From Octopus sinensis (Eukaryota), in assembly GCF_006345805.1 (NCBI RefSeq), contig NC_043007.1, forward strand, positions 16,926,001-16,990,000: 64,000 bases of DNA. Reading direction: 5' to 3'. Positions 13,334-25,498 of this stretch are shown here, in pieces. The notes beneath the pieces were generated by a model. That model was given only the letters and a program-made list of their open reading frames with translations. It did no database searches and was not told the origin of the DNA. Numbering within the stretch: position 1 is the first letter of the stretch; every line of letters starts with the position of its first letter. The position numbers were made by a program, and so were the translations under genes.

Positions 13334-13434
13334 AATAATAATAATAATAATGATAATAATAATAATATGAGGGAATATCATTCCAAACTTACAGGGAAAA
13401 ATTCAATTTAGAAATACTAAATCAAATTTCACAA

Positions 13435-14250
13435 AATATAATATATATAAATTAGGAAAAAACCACCTTTTATCAATTCAATAATGAAAAACTAAATTAT
13501 ACCATTTAGAAAAATTACATATTATAGAAAGATTAGATATAAGATAAAACATATAACGATGATTAAGTAATGTGCAAAATAATAAATAAAACGATATATT
13601 TGGTAGAATAACGACACATGTTTCATGGCTAACATAATCCTATGAACCCAGAAATTGAAAACAGAGGGTTACCCACTTGCAAACAAATGTGGTAACATAT
13701 AACAATATTGACCGAGGTTACCGTGGTCTTTTTCGTAGGCTTTTCTTCCCACGGATAAACCTTATCTGCTTCCCCCTTTACACCGTACGTCATGACACTG
13801 TGATACATGATCCCTATTGATCGTTTTTTTTCCTCTTTTTTCTTCTTTTTTCTTTTTTCTTTTCTTTTGTTTCTTTTCCTTTTTTTCTTTTTTCCTTTTT
13901 TCCCTTTTACGATCCCTTTTGATCAAAAACCTACGCCACTTTTTTTTTTCATCCCCCAAAAGAAAAGCTCTACCTTGTAATTTGTCCCATCTGTGTGCAG
14001 CCCTGTGTGGCCAATAAAGAAACTTATATTTAAGAAATGATAATAGTACAAATAATAGTGTTGTTATTCTACCAAATATATACATTTTATTTATTATTTT
14101 GCACATTACTTAATCATTGTTATATGTTTTATCTTATATTTAATCTTTCTATAATATGTAATTTTTCTAATTGGTATAATTTAGTTTTTCATTATTGAAT
14201 TGATAAAAGGTAGTTATTTTTCTAATTTATATATATATATATATATATAT
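13435..14250. repeat. Inverted repeat: ~180-bp arms (13435-13617 / 14056-14250) around a ~440-bp spacer
   Basis: Arms are reverse complements; the preceding ctccaaacttacagggaaaaattc block recurs near 37190. Confidence 0.8.
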
Positions 14251-14351
14251 AGAATATAAGGATAAAAATCACATTCAGGATTTTTATCAGGCAATCAGAA
14301 TGCTATAAAAATTTATGGGTAATTTATATATTAAATTAATAAAAATATATG

Positions 14352-14592
14352 TATGTATATAATTATATTAAAGGAGCAAGGGTGAAGAAAATGATTTAAC
14401 TCCAACATGCTTGAAGTGCCAAGACCTTCAAAACACTACCAAAAACACCAGATAAAAAATACACTTGGCCAATTTCAGCCAAGTGTATATTTAATCTGGA
14501 GTTTTTTGTAGTCTTTTGAAGGTCTTGGCACTTCAAGCATGTTGGAGTTAGGCCGTTTTCACCCTTGTTCCTTTAATATAATTATATACATA
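14352..14592. repeat. Foldback hairpin (~115-bp arms, 8-nt loop)
   Basis: Centred on cacttggc-caatttca-gccaagtg. Confidence 0.88.
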
Positions 14593-14608
14593 TTTATTAT
14601 TATTAATT

Positions 14609-14646
<38 letters not shown>

Positions 14647-14648
<2 letters not shown>

Positions 14649-14811
14649 CTAAGCAATAAAGGGTTTAGCAACGAATTGCCTTACCACATACCGAATTTAG
14701 AAATAGCAGTCAAAGAGTTATAGCTATTTCTTCTAAGCTATAACTCTTGACTGCTATTCTAAATTCGGTATGTGGTAAGGCAATTCGTGCTAAACCCTTT
14801 ATTGCTTAGTA
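14647..14811. repeat. Foldback hairpin (~77-bp arms)
   Basis: Centred on ttatagct-atttcttcta-agctataa. Confidence 0.88.
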
Positions 14812-14914
14812 TTACTTAAATTTTCCTCGAATGAGGCTTTTACATGCCGAAGACTACTTGGTGTAATTGATAATTATTCCAAATTAATTAATTTCACCCT
14901 TCATTATTACGGAT

Positions 14915-14967
<53 letters not shown>

Positions 14968-14973
<6 letters not shown>

Positions 14974-17071
14974 GATCAAGTAATGAAGGTTACGGAGAGG
15001 GTCATAGCCCAACTAATTAGAGAGAGAGTTAGTTTAGATGAGATGCAGTTTGGGTTCGTGCCAGGGAAAAGTACCACTGATGCTATATTCCTGGTAAGGC
15101 AGCTGCAGGAGAAATACCTAGCCAAAGATAAGCCCCTGTACCTAGCTTTTGTTGACATGGAGAAAGCTTTTGATAGGGTCCCCCGATCCCTTATCTGGTG
15201 GTCAATGAGGAAACTAGGGATAGATGAATGGCTGGTGAGGACTGTGCAAGCCATGTACAGAGATGCCGTAAGTAAGGTTAGGGTTGGCAACATGTACACA
15301 GAAGAATTCAAAGTAGAGGTTGGGGTGCACCAGGGTTCAGTACTCAGCCCCCTCCTATTTATCATAGTCCTCCAGGCAATTGCGGAGGAATTCAAGACAG
15401 GTTGTCCCTGGGAGCTCCTCTACACTGACGACCTTGCTCTTATTGCTGAGTCACTATCAGAGCTGGAGGAGAAGTTCCAGGTGTGGAAGGAGGGTTTAGA
15501 ATCAAGGGGCCTTAGAGTCAACCTAGCTAAAACCAAAGTACTAATAAGTAGGAAGGTAGACAATCCACAAATGTCTTCAGGAAGATGGCCCTGCTCGATC
15601 TGTAGAAAAGGTGTAGGTAGAAACTCTATAAGATGTACCCAGTGTAAGCTATGGACACATAAGAGGTGCAGCAATGTCAAAGGTAGGCTAACTGGGAAGA
15701 TAGTTTTTGTATGTGGCAGATGCTCAGGAGCATTAACCTCCGAAACTCTGCAGAAAATAACTTCAGTCACTTTCCAGGGGAAAAACTAGAAGTAGTTGAT
15801 AGCTTCCGTTATCTAGGTGACCAAGTCAGTAGTGGGGGTGGGTGCGCTGAAAGTGTAACTGCTAGAATAAGAATAGCCTGGGCAAAGTTTAGGGAGCTCT
15901 TACCTCTGCTGGTGACTAAAGGCCTCTCGCTCAGAGTAAAAGGCAGACTGTATGATGCGTGTGTACGAACAGCCATGCTACATGGCAGTGAAACATGGGC
16001 CGTGACTGCCGAGGACATGCGTAAGCTCGTGAGGAATGAAGCCAGTATGCTCCGATGGATGTGTAATGTCAGTGTACATACTCGACAGAGCGTTAGCACC
16101 TTGAGAGAAATGTTGTACCTAAGAGGCATCAGTTGTGGTGTGCAAGAGAGACGATTGCGCTGGTATGGTCATGTGGCGAGAATGGATGAAGATAGGTGTG
16201 TGAGAAAGTGCCAATCCTTAGCAGTTGAGGGAACCCGTGGAAGAGGTAGACCCAGGAAAACCTGGGACGAGGTGGTGAAGCACGACCTTCGAACTTTAGG
16301 CCTCACTGAGGAAATGACTAGCGACCGAGACCTTTGGAAATATTCTGTATGTGAGAAGACCAGGCAGGACAAGTGAGCCCAGCCCACTTATGAATGCCTT
16401 TCCTCCCTTGGACACAAAGACCTGTTGAGGCAAGCAAAGTCGATATAGAACCTCATCCGACGACAGGCACCCATGCCAACCCCCTTTGCTTGCGAAGACA
16501 TGTTGGGGCAAGCGAAATCGAAATCGAAATCGAATTGAACCAGCCAGGATCCCTGGTCTGGTGGTACGTAAAAAGCACTATCCGACTCGTGTCGATGCCA
16601 GCCCCGCCTCCACTGGCTTCCGTGCCGGTGGCACGTAAAATACACCAATCTGACCGTACGACAGGCACCCATGCCAACCCCCTTGCTTGCGAAGACATGT
16701 TGGGGCAAGCGAAATCGAAATCGAATTGAACAAGCCAGGATCCCTGGTCTGGTGGTACGTAAAAAGCACTATCCGACTCGTGGCCGATGCCAGCACCGCC
16801 TCGTCTGGCTTCCGTGCCGGTGGCACATAAAATACACCAATCCGACCGTGGCCGTTGCCAGCCTCGCCTGGCACCTGTGCAGGTGGCACGTAAAAAGCAC
16901 CCACTACACTCACGGAGTGGTTGGCGTTAGGAAGGGCATCCAGCTGTAGAAACACTGCCAGATAAGACTGGAGCCTGGTGCAGCCTTCTGGATTTCCAGA
17001 TCCCCAGTCGAACCGTCCAACCCATGCTAGCATGGAGAACGGACGTTAAACGATGATGATGATGATGATGA

Positions 17072-17075
<4 letters not shown>
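14968..17075 (+). mobile_element. RTE-clade LINE, 5'-truncated: RT domain with inserted PHD finger, C-terminus and 3' UTR ending in (GAT)n
   Basis: QFGFVPGKSTTDAIF, FVDMEKAFDRV, GVHQGSVLSPLLF, YTDD, FRYLG, LHGSETW, RRLRWYGHVARM and RGRGRPRKTW are RTE RT/C-terminal motifs. One frameshift near 15777-15785; stop at 16374-16376; tail ggacgttaaac(gat)n; (TA)n on both sides. Confidence 0.95.
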
Positions 17076-17143
<68 letters not shown>

Positions 17144-17289
17144 TTGTGAATGTGTGAACAGACACACACACTCACACACAAACACACATACACATACACA
17201 CTTGTACATACATACATACATACATTCATACATACATACATACATACATACATACATACATACATGCATATGGAAGTAAGTACCTAACT

Positions 17290-17410
17290 GACAATATGGA
17301 AGAGCTAGGGTTTTCAGAAAAAGAAATTGAACTAACACACACATTATGAATACAATCTGTAGGCGGAACAGCAAAAATATACGAGACTTTTCTGAATTTG
17401 AAAACGTGAA
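17290..17410 (+). mobile_element. Decayed RLE LINE C-terminal fragment
   Basis: MEELGFSEKEI...IQSVGGTAKIYETFL resembles RLE LINE C-termini. Confidence 0.4.
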
Positions 17411-17664
17411 TTTGTTTTATTATCCAATAATGGAGTTTTATGTTTGCTAGAGACCTGTTCTTTCCTTACAGAAACACTTTAAATAATTAAAAATAGAAGG
17501 GGACATACCTCAGCATGCGCACACACACACATTCATACATAGGTACAGACATACAAACCTACATTCACACACACACACACATACAAACACATACATACAT
17601 ACATACATACATACATACATACATACATACATACATACATACATGTAAATAACATATAACATAC

Positions 17665-18960
17665 ATACTTTGATACTTTGATAGGTTTCGGCCATTATTG
17701 GCCCAGGCCATGTCTAACTTAATAGCACCACCTGGTGAAGTCTTTCAAGTCAGAATTTGGGCACTATGGCCCACTCAAGTAGAGAGTTATTGTTTACAGA
17801 GACATATCCGGGTGTAGGGGGTTTATCCGGGATTTCTTGAAGGAATCTGTCCAAAGACTTCTTGAACCCTATAGGGTCAGTTTCTGTTTTAATGTGTTTT
17901 GGTGTAATGTTAAAGAGAGCGGGGCCAATTGAGGTGAAATAATTGTGCCGTATTGTTGTTATGAGATGAGAGTGCGATTTTTGTTTTGGGCGGATGGCAC
18001 GGGGCCCAAGCCTTGGATGTACCTTAAAGGTGATGCCAACATCATTTGGGCAATGCTGATGGAATATTTTCCACATCATGCAGATGATGTAGCGCTCACG
18101 ACGACGTTGGAGAGAATAAAGTTTTAGCTTTTCTAGTCGACCCCAATAGTCGAGGCCTGTCATGCCATCTATCTTTCTTGTGATTGCCCTTTGAGGTGCT
18201 TCAACTTTTATGATACTTTGTATTGTGTGAGGAGACCACAGTGGACAACAGTATTCAAGGTGGGGTCGGGCAAAAGTGGAGAAGAGAAGGATAATGGTGT
18301 GGATATCTCTCGACTGGAAAGTTCTGAGAATCCAGGAACACATTCTGCGGGCCATGTCAACTTTGGTGTTTATATGAGTGGCCCAGCTTATGTTGTTGTC
18401 CACAATTACTCCCAAGTCTCTGATGTTGTTGGATGCCGCGAGAGTTTCACCTGAAGGAAGGGAGTATGGGAGTTTCAGGGCATCCTCTTTTCCAAAGTGG
18501 ATTAACTCAAATTTATCCTCGTTCAGCAGCATATTGTTTTTTTCTGCCCATTGGATAACAGCCAGTAGATCTGACTGAAGGCATGTCCGGTCACTCTCCT
18601 CATTTATGACCTTCTGTAGCTTGGAATCATCTGCAAAGATTTTTATGTTGCTGTGCTTGATGATGTCATTGATGTCATTAATGTAGATGATGAAAAGAAG
18701 TGGGCCCAGCACAGTGCCTTGCGGAACGCCACTACTGACTTTGGCTGGGCTTGATTTTACCCTTTCAACTACAACATGTTGAGATCTGTCTGTCAGTAAC
18801 TTTCCAGAGTAACTTTCAGTAACTTTCCAGAGACACCAATGTTGGATAGTTTTTTCAATAGGATCTTGTGATCGACCCTGTCGAAGGCCTTACTGAAATC
18901 AAGGTAGATGACATCGGTGTTGGAGCCCTCTCCCAAAGCTCTCAAAATGTCATCAAAGTG
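17665..18960 (-). mobile_element. CR1/L2-group LINE, 5'-truncated; RT C-half with a 320-aa open stretch (17750-18712)
   Basis: YLDFSKAFDRVDH, GVPQGTVLGPLLF, FADD, DLGV, PHLEYCCPLWSP, LYSLQRRRERY; 3' tail (ATCAAAGT)n; small duplication/deletion near 18795-18830. Confidence 0.92.
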
Positions 18961-19047
18961 ATACAGACATACATAAACATATACACAAACACACATATAC
19001 ATACACATACATACATACTAACATACATACATACATACATACATACA

Positions 19048-19079
<32 letters not shown>

Positions 19080-19163
19080 ACATACAGACATACATATACA
19101 TATACACAAACACACATATACATACACACACATACATACATACTAACATACATACATACATAC

Positions 19164-19194
<31 letters not shown>

Positions 19195-19430
19195 CATACA
19201 TACATACATACATGTAAATGACATACTTACATACATACTAACATACATACATACATACATGCATACATACATACATACATACATGTAAATAACACATATA
19301 TATACATACAGACATACATATACATATACACAAACACACATATCCATACACACATCATACACACTAACATACATACATACATACATACATACATACATAC
19401 ATACATACATACATACATACACATACACAA
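18960..19430 (+). repeat. (CATA)n tetranucleotide array
   Basis: Directly visible; representative of many TA/CA/CATA tracts in the window. Confidence 0.92.
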
Positions 19431-19656
19431 ATTCTTTCAGTAGACATGCCATTTCCCTTTATTTGACACACAATAAACCTCAGCTGATCACAAAACATTT
19501 CATAATCTTTCTAATTAGATCATAAAGTGTACGAAATATAAATGAAAACTGTATCAAATACTGTACTATTTTTACCCTACATCTTTTTTATGTTTACAAG
19601 CAAATATTTAGCATATTTCCTAAATTGTTCATTTTTTTTTTTTTTTCCTGTTTAAG

Positions 19657-19794
19657 GATGATACTATGTGGGAAGAAAGGTTTGGAGAAGATCAATTCCA
19701 AACAAGGAATAAACTTGTGGGTGTGCTGACAAGGCTATTTCTGGAAATGTGTGGAAATGTGAATGGGAAACATTGTTTTAATGATACTATATAT
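19657..19794 (+). CDS. Candidate internal exon of an unidentified upstream gene (DDTMWEERFGEDQF...HCFNDTIY)
   Basis: Long poly-T acceptor ending tttaag, 138 nt open phase 0-0, donor gtaaat at 19795; unique complex sequence among repeats. Product not recognised. Confidence 0.5.
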
Positions 19795-20010
19795 GTAAAT
19801 AGAAGACACTATTGATGCTAGCATACATATGTAGGTAGTATGTATATATATACATATATATATATATGTGAGTGTGTGTGTGTGTGTTAAACAGCCGAAA
19901 TCTGCGATGAGGAATCGGTTTCTGACTGAAGAACGAAGGCTTTGAATGACCCGTTTGTCTTTTATGTTCGTCCCTTCGTGTATTTCACGTTATTTATTTA
20001 TGTAAAGGTT

Positions 20011-20063
<53 letters not shown>

Positions 20064-20088
20064 ATATGTATGTATATATATATATATG

Positions 20089-20137
<49 letters not shown>

Positions 20138-20144
20138 TATATAT

Positions 20145-20297
20145 GGTGGCGTTAGGAAGGGCATCCAGCTGTAGAAACACTGCCAGATCTGACTGGCCTG
20201 GTGCAGCCTTCGGGCTTGCCAGACCCCAGTTGAACCGTCCAACCCATGCTAGCATGGAAAGCGGACGTTAAACAATGATGATGATGATGATGATGAT
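20145..20297 (+). mobile_element. Short RTE tail fragment inside a TA microsatellite
   Basis: Tail motif ending in (gat)n; (TA)n on both sides. Confidence 0.85.
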
Positions 20298-20308
20298 ATA
20301 TGTATGTA

Positions 20309-20403
<95 letters not shown>

Positions 20404-20600
20404 GTATGTATATATTATATGTATGGTAAATCCCCCAAAATAAGAAAACAAACACAAAAAAACAACAAAGCGAGGATGTGGTACATGTAAAGTATTAGCA
20501 GATGCGCACGGAAGGAAGGAAAGATGGTTTAATATTTTGAGCAAAGCTCTTCTTCAGAAACAGAGGAAAGTCCAATAGAAAAGGAAGAAGATATATATAT

Positions 20601-21477
20601 CATCATCGTTTAACGTCCGTTTTCAATGCTGGCATGGGTTGGATGGTTTGACTGGGGTCTGGGAAGCCAGGAGGCTGCACCAGACCCCAATCTGATCTGG
20701 TAGTGTTTCTACAGCTTGATGCCTTTCCTAACACCATCCACTCTGAGAGTGTAGTGGGTGCTTTTTACGTGCCACCGGCACAGGGGCCAGAGGGGCTGGC
20801 ATCGACCACGATTGGATGGTGCTTTTTACATGCCACCGGCATGGAAGCCAGTCGAAGCGGCACTGGCATCGGTCACGTTTGGATGGTGCATTTTACATGC
20901 TACCAGCACAGGGCTCACAACTACAATTTCCATTTGATTTGATTTTGATATTGATGTTAATGTTGATGTACTTCACTCAATAAGTCCCCTCAATCATGGC
21001 ATGTTGCCCTACGATCCAAGGTACTTTTGGATGGGTTGGTTATGCGACACTGGTGTAGGTTACAGCTGTGATCTCACTTTATTTGCCGGGTCTTCTCAGT
21101 CACAGCATATCTCCAGAGATCTCAGTCTTTTGTCATTGCCTCTGTGAGGCTCAACGTTTGAAGATCATGCTTCACCACCTCATCCCATGTCTTCCTGGGT
21201 CTACCTCTACCCTGGATTCCTTCCACTGTTTGGGAGTGGCACTTCTTCACACATCTCTCCTCATCCAGCAATAGTATATAACCATACCAGCACAAACGTC
21301 TGTCTTGCATGCCACATCCAATGCTTCTTATGTCTAACATTTCTCTCAGGGCACTTACTTCCGAGTCTATGCATGTCTTCAGCAGTCACGGCCCATGTCT
21401 CACTGCCGTGAAGTATGGCAGTTCGCACACATGCATCATACAATCTACCTTTCACTCTGAGCGAGAGACCCTTTGTC

Positions 21478-21480
<3 letters not shown>
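20601..21480 (-). mobile_element. RTE LINE 3' fragment, same family as 14968-17075, decayed
   Basis: Minus-strand TKGLSLRVKGRLYDACVRTAILHGSETW and GRGRPRKTWDEVVKHDL plus the same 3' UTR/tail; flanked by TA repeats. Confidence 0.9.
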
Positions 21481-21517
<37 letters not shown>

Positions 21518-21684
21518 TATATGCGTAAATATCAAACAATGAGTATGAGTGTGCAAAACTTCATTGATTAACAACAAGTCTTTATCTGTGAAACAAATAA
21601 AGTGTTTATATATATATATATATATGAATACATACATACATATATATTTATATATGTACATATGTATGTATGTATGTGTGTGTG

Positions 21685-21723
<39 letters not shown>

Positions 21724-21727
<4 letters not shown>

Positions 21728-22750
21728 TTTGATACTTTGATACTTTGATAGGTTTCGGCCATTATTGGCCCAGGCCATGTCTAACTTAATAGCACCACCT
21801 GGTGAAGTCTTTCAAGTCAGAATTTGGGCACTATGGCCCACTCAAGTAGAGAGTTATTGTTTACAGAGACATATCTGGGTGTAGGGGGGTTATCCGGGAT
21901 TTCTTGAAGGAATCTGTCCAAAGACTTCTTGAACCCTATAGGGTCAGTTTCTGTTTTAATGTGTTTTGGTGTAATGTTAAAGAGAGCGGGCCAATTGAGG
22001 TGAAATAATTGTGCCGTATTGTTGTTATGAGATGAGAGTGCGATTTTTGTTTTGGGCGGATGGCACGGGGCCCAAGCCTTGGATGTACCTTAAAGGTGAT
22101 GCCAACATCATTTGGGCAATGCTGATGGAATATTTTCCACATCATGCAGATGATGTAGCACTCACGACGACGTTGGAGAGAATAAAGTTTTAGCTTTTCT
22201 AGTCGACCCCAATAGTCGAGGCCTGTCATGCCATCTATCTTTCTTGTGATTGCCCTTTGAGGTGCTTCAACTTTTATGATACTTTGTATTGTGTGGGGAG
22301 ACCACAGTGGACAACAGTATTCAAGGTGGGGTCGGGCAAAAGTGGAGAAGAGAAGGATAATGGTGTGGATATCTCTCGACTGGAAAGTTCTAAGAATCCA
22401 GGAACACATTCTGCGGGCCATGTCAACTTTGGTGTTTATATGAGTGGCCCAGCTTATGTTGTTGTCCACAATTACTCCCAAGTCTCTGATGTTGTGGACG
22501 CCGCGAGAGTTTCACCTGAAGGAAGGGAGTATGGGAGTTTCAGGGCATCCTCTTTTCCAAAGTGGATTAACTCAAATTTATCCTCGTTCAGCAGCATATT
22601 GTTTTTTTCTGCCCATTGGATAACAGCCAGTAGATCTGACTGAAGGCATGTCCGGTCACTCACCTCATTTATGACCTTCTGTAGCTTGGAATCATCTGCA
22701 AAAATTTTTATGTTGCTGTGCTTGATGATGTCATTAATGTCATTAATGTA
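21724..22750 (-). mobile_element. Second, near-identical CR1/L2-group LINE copy, shorter, with single-base frameshifts
   Basis: Base-level near identity to 17665-18690; FADD, PHLEYCCPLWSP; same tail. Confidence 0.92.
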
Positions 22751-23052
22751 AATACAGACATGCACACATAAATACATAGTTATATCCATACATTTATACA
22801 TACGCACAAACACTTGTCATTGTTCTATTTCTATTAAAACAAACGGGGAAAATAAACACAATTTAAGACAAATTACTCAATGCTTGAATGGCATAAAGAC
22901 GGAATTATTTAGATTTGTGTTATTTTAATCAAATATATAGCATCATTAAAGCATGTGATGGTGTGTACATACATATGTATGTGAGTGTTTGTGATGTGTA
23001 TGTATGTGTGTGTGTGTGTGTATATACATACATACATATATATATATATTAA

Positions 23053-23510
23053 TCATCATCATCGTTTAACGTCCGCCTTCCATGCTAGCATGGGTTGGAT
23101 GGCTTGACCGGCGTCTGGGAAGCCAGGAGGCTGTGCCAGGCTCCAGTCTGATCTGGCAGCATTTCTACGGCTGGATGCCCTTCCTAATGCCAACCACTCT
23201 GAGAGTGTAGTGAGTGCTTTTTACATGCCACCAGCACAGGGCTAGAGGAGGCTGGCAATGGCCACGATCTGTTGGTGATTTTTATGTGTCACCAACACGG
23301 ACGCCAGTCAGGTGGCACTGGCATCAGCCACGTTCGGATGGTGCTTTTTAGGTGCCACCGGCACAGGCATCATAACTACAATTTCCATTTGATGTTGGTA
23401 TTAACGTACTTGACTCAATAGGTCTCCTCAAGCACAATGGGTCACTCTACGATCCAAGGTTATCACAGCAGGCCATCCTGTGAGCCATGGACTCACTACA
23501 TTTGTCGGGT
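23053..23510 (-). mobile_element. RTE 3'-UTR/tail fragment
   Basis: catcatcgtttaacgtcc...gcccttcctaatgccaaccactc, reverse complement of the tail at 16900-17075. Confidence 0.85.
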
Positions 23511-23571
23511 CTTCGCAGTCACAGCATATCTCAGAGGTCTCACGCTTTTGTCATATATATCATCATCATCA

Positions 23572-23741
23572 TCGTTTAACGTCCGTTTTCCGCGCTAGCA
23601 CGGGTTGGACGGTTTCGACCGGGGTCTGGGGAGCCAGGGGCTGCCCCAGGCTGCAGTCTGGTCTGGCAGTGTTTCTACAGCTGGATGCCTTTCCTAACGC
23701 CAACCACTCCGCGAGTGTAGTGGCTGCTTTTTACGTGCCAC
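23572..23741 (-). mobile_element. Short RTE tail fragment inside a TA microsatellite
   Basis: Same tail motif; (TA)n on both sides. Confidence 0.85.
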
Positions 23742-23787
23742 CTATATATATATATATATATATATATGATATATATATATATATATA

Positions 23788-23836
<49 letters not shown>

Positions 23837-24041
23837 GTATATATATATATATGTTATATATATATATATTATATATATATATAATGTATATATATATATA
23901 GACCATTTTTAAGTTCAAAATGGTCTATGACTATTTATTTTTTCCACTAGGCCGCTGGTGGCAAAAAAAAAAAAAAAAAAAAAATTCTACAAAATTTTTT
24001 GCCACCCTATATTGATTAATTATGTATATATATATATATAG

Positions 24042-24086
<45 letters not shown>

Positions 24087-24439
24087 GAATGCTCAAAATG
24101 AAGAGTAGATAGACAGCTAACAACTGATGAAGGGTCCTTTCTCTGTTTTTATTTGTTCTGTTTCCATCTTTTTTTTCTTGTTGTTTACATATCTAACTAA
24201 TTTTTTTATATATTTCATGTATTTCAGGACAAAAGTCCTGAAAACTCCTCACAGCCTTGGTTTTGTCGTCTCATTTTGTCTAATATATATATATATGAAT
24301 GCTAATACAAGACCCACATTAAACTCCTCAAGACTTTAACTACAGTCGGTCCATAGCAATTACCTAGCATTACCTGCCACTCTTTGGGCCTTCTAGATAC
24401 CAATACCTCTCATGTATGTATATATGTATATATAATATA

Positions 24440-24680
24440 TATGTATATATATATATATATATATATACATTTTCAATATGTGACCGTGTGTGTATCGTTG
24501 GCGATTTTTTTCTTCCGTCTTCCCTTCCTTTGACCTTTCCTTTTCCTATGTTTCTGACGAAGAGCTCCACTCGAAATGTTAAATCCTCCTTCTTTCTTTC
24601 CTTTCCTGAGCGTCCAATAGCACTAAACTTGTTCCACGTGCTTGATTCGTTGTGTTTTCTCTTCATATATGGATTAACTA
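24440..24680 (+). mobile_element. Penelope-like terminal fragment; related copy at 50430-50645
   Basis: About 230-bp colinear repeat containing gtttCTGACGAaGAGCtcc(g/a)CTCGAAA. Confidence 0.6.
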
Positions 24681-24695
24681 TATATATATATATAT

Positions 24696-24992
24696 AGGGT
24701 ACGATGGGTAAATTATCACCTTTTATATTTGTAACACCAAAGATGAAGTGACGGCAAGGATTACGGCAGCATTCATGACCTTAAACCAGGAGACTGTCCA
24801 GACGAGCAGGAGATTCCAAAGTTGTCTGGAGGCCCTGGTTGGAGCCAACACCGATTTTGTTGAATAAATTTACTCTTTAGTATTTCAAAATATTTTAATG
24901 TAATTTTAGTGAATATATCTGTTAAAATGAGATGTCAGTGTCATTTTCATTTTTGCATAATTTAGACAGCAGTTTATTCACCACACCCTCTG
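24696..24992 (+). mobile_element. Tc1/mariner-derived deletion element
   Basis: Imperfect gggt..ggtaaatt / ttattcaccacaccct ends; NTKDEVTARITAAF...RRFQSCLEALVGANTDFVE* resembles Tc1 C-termini. Confidence 0.55.
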
Positions 24993-25016
24993 TGTGTGTG
25001 TGTATATATATATATA

Positions 25017-25057
<41 letters not shown>

Positions 25058-25445
25058 AGTAGCTTGCTTATGAACCACATGGTTCCGGGTTCAGTCCCAC
25101 TGCATGGCACCTTGGCCAAGTGTCTTCTACTATAGCCTCGGGCCGACAAAAGACTAGTGAGTGGATTTGGTAGACGGAAACTGAAAGAAGCCTGTCGTAT
25201 ATATGTATATATATTTTTACGTGTGTGTATATATTTGTGTCTGTGTTTGTCCCCCCCACCAACATCGCTTAACAACTGATGCTGGTTTGTTTACATCCCC
25301 GTAACTTAGCGGTTCGGCAAAAGAGATTAATAGAATAAGTATTAGGCTTACAAAGAATAAGTCCTGGGGTCGATTTGCTCGGCTAAAGGCGAGTGCTCCA
25401 GCATGGCCACAGTCCAGTGACTGAAACAGGTAAAAGAGTAAAGAG
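25058..25445 (+). mobile_element. SINE A
   Basis: Family match; slightly 5'-truncated. Confidence 0.88.
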
Positions 25446-25447
25446 AG

Positions 25448-25498
<51 letters not shown>

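Noticed and set aside
23940-23965. CTCF-like motif ccactaggccgctggtggc
   Set aside because: It is a partial match only, in an isolated repeat-like context, and cannot be supported from sequence alone.
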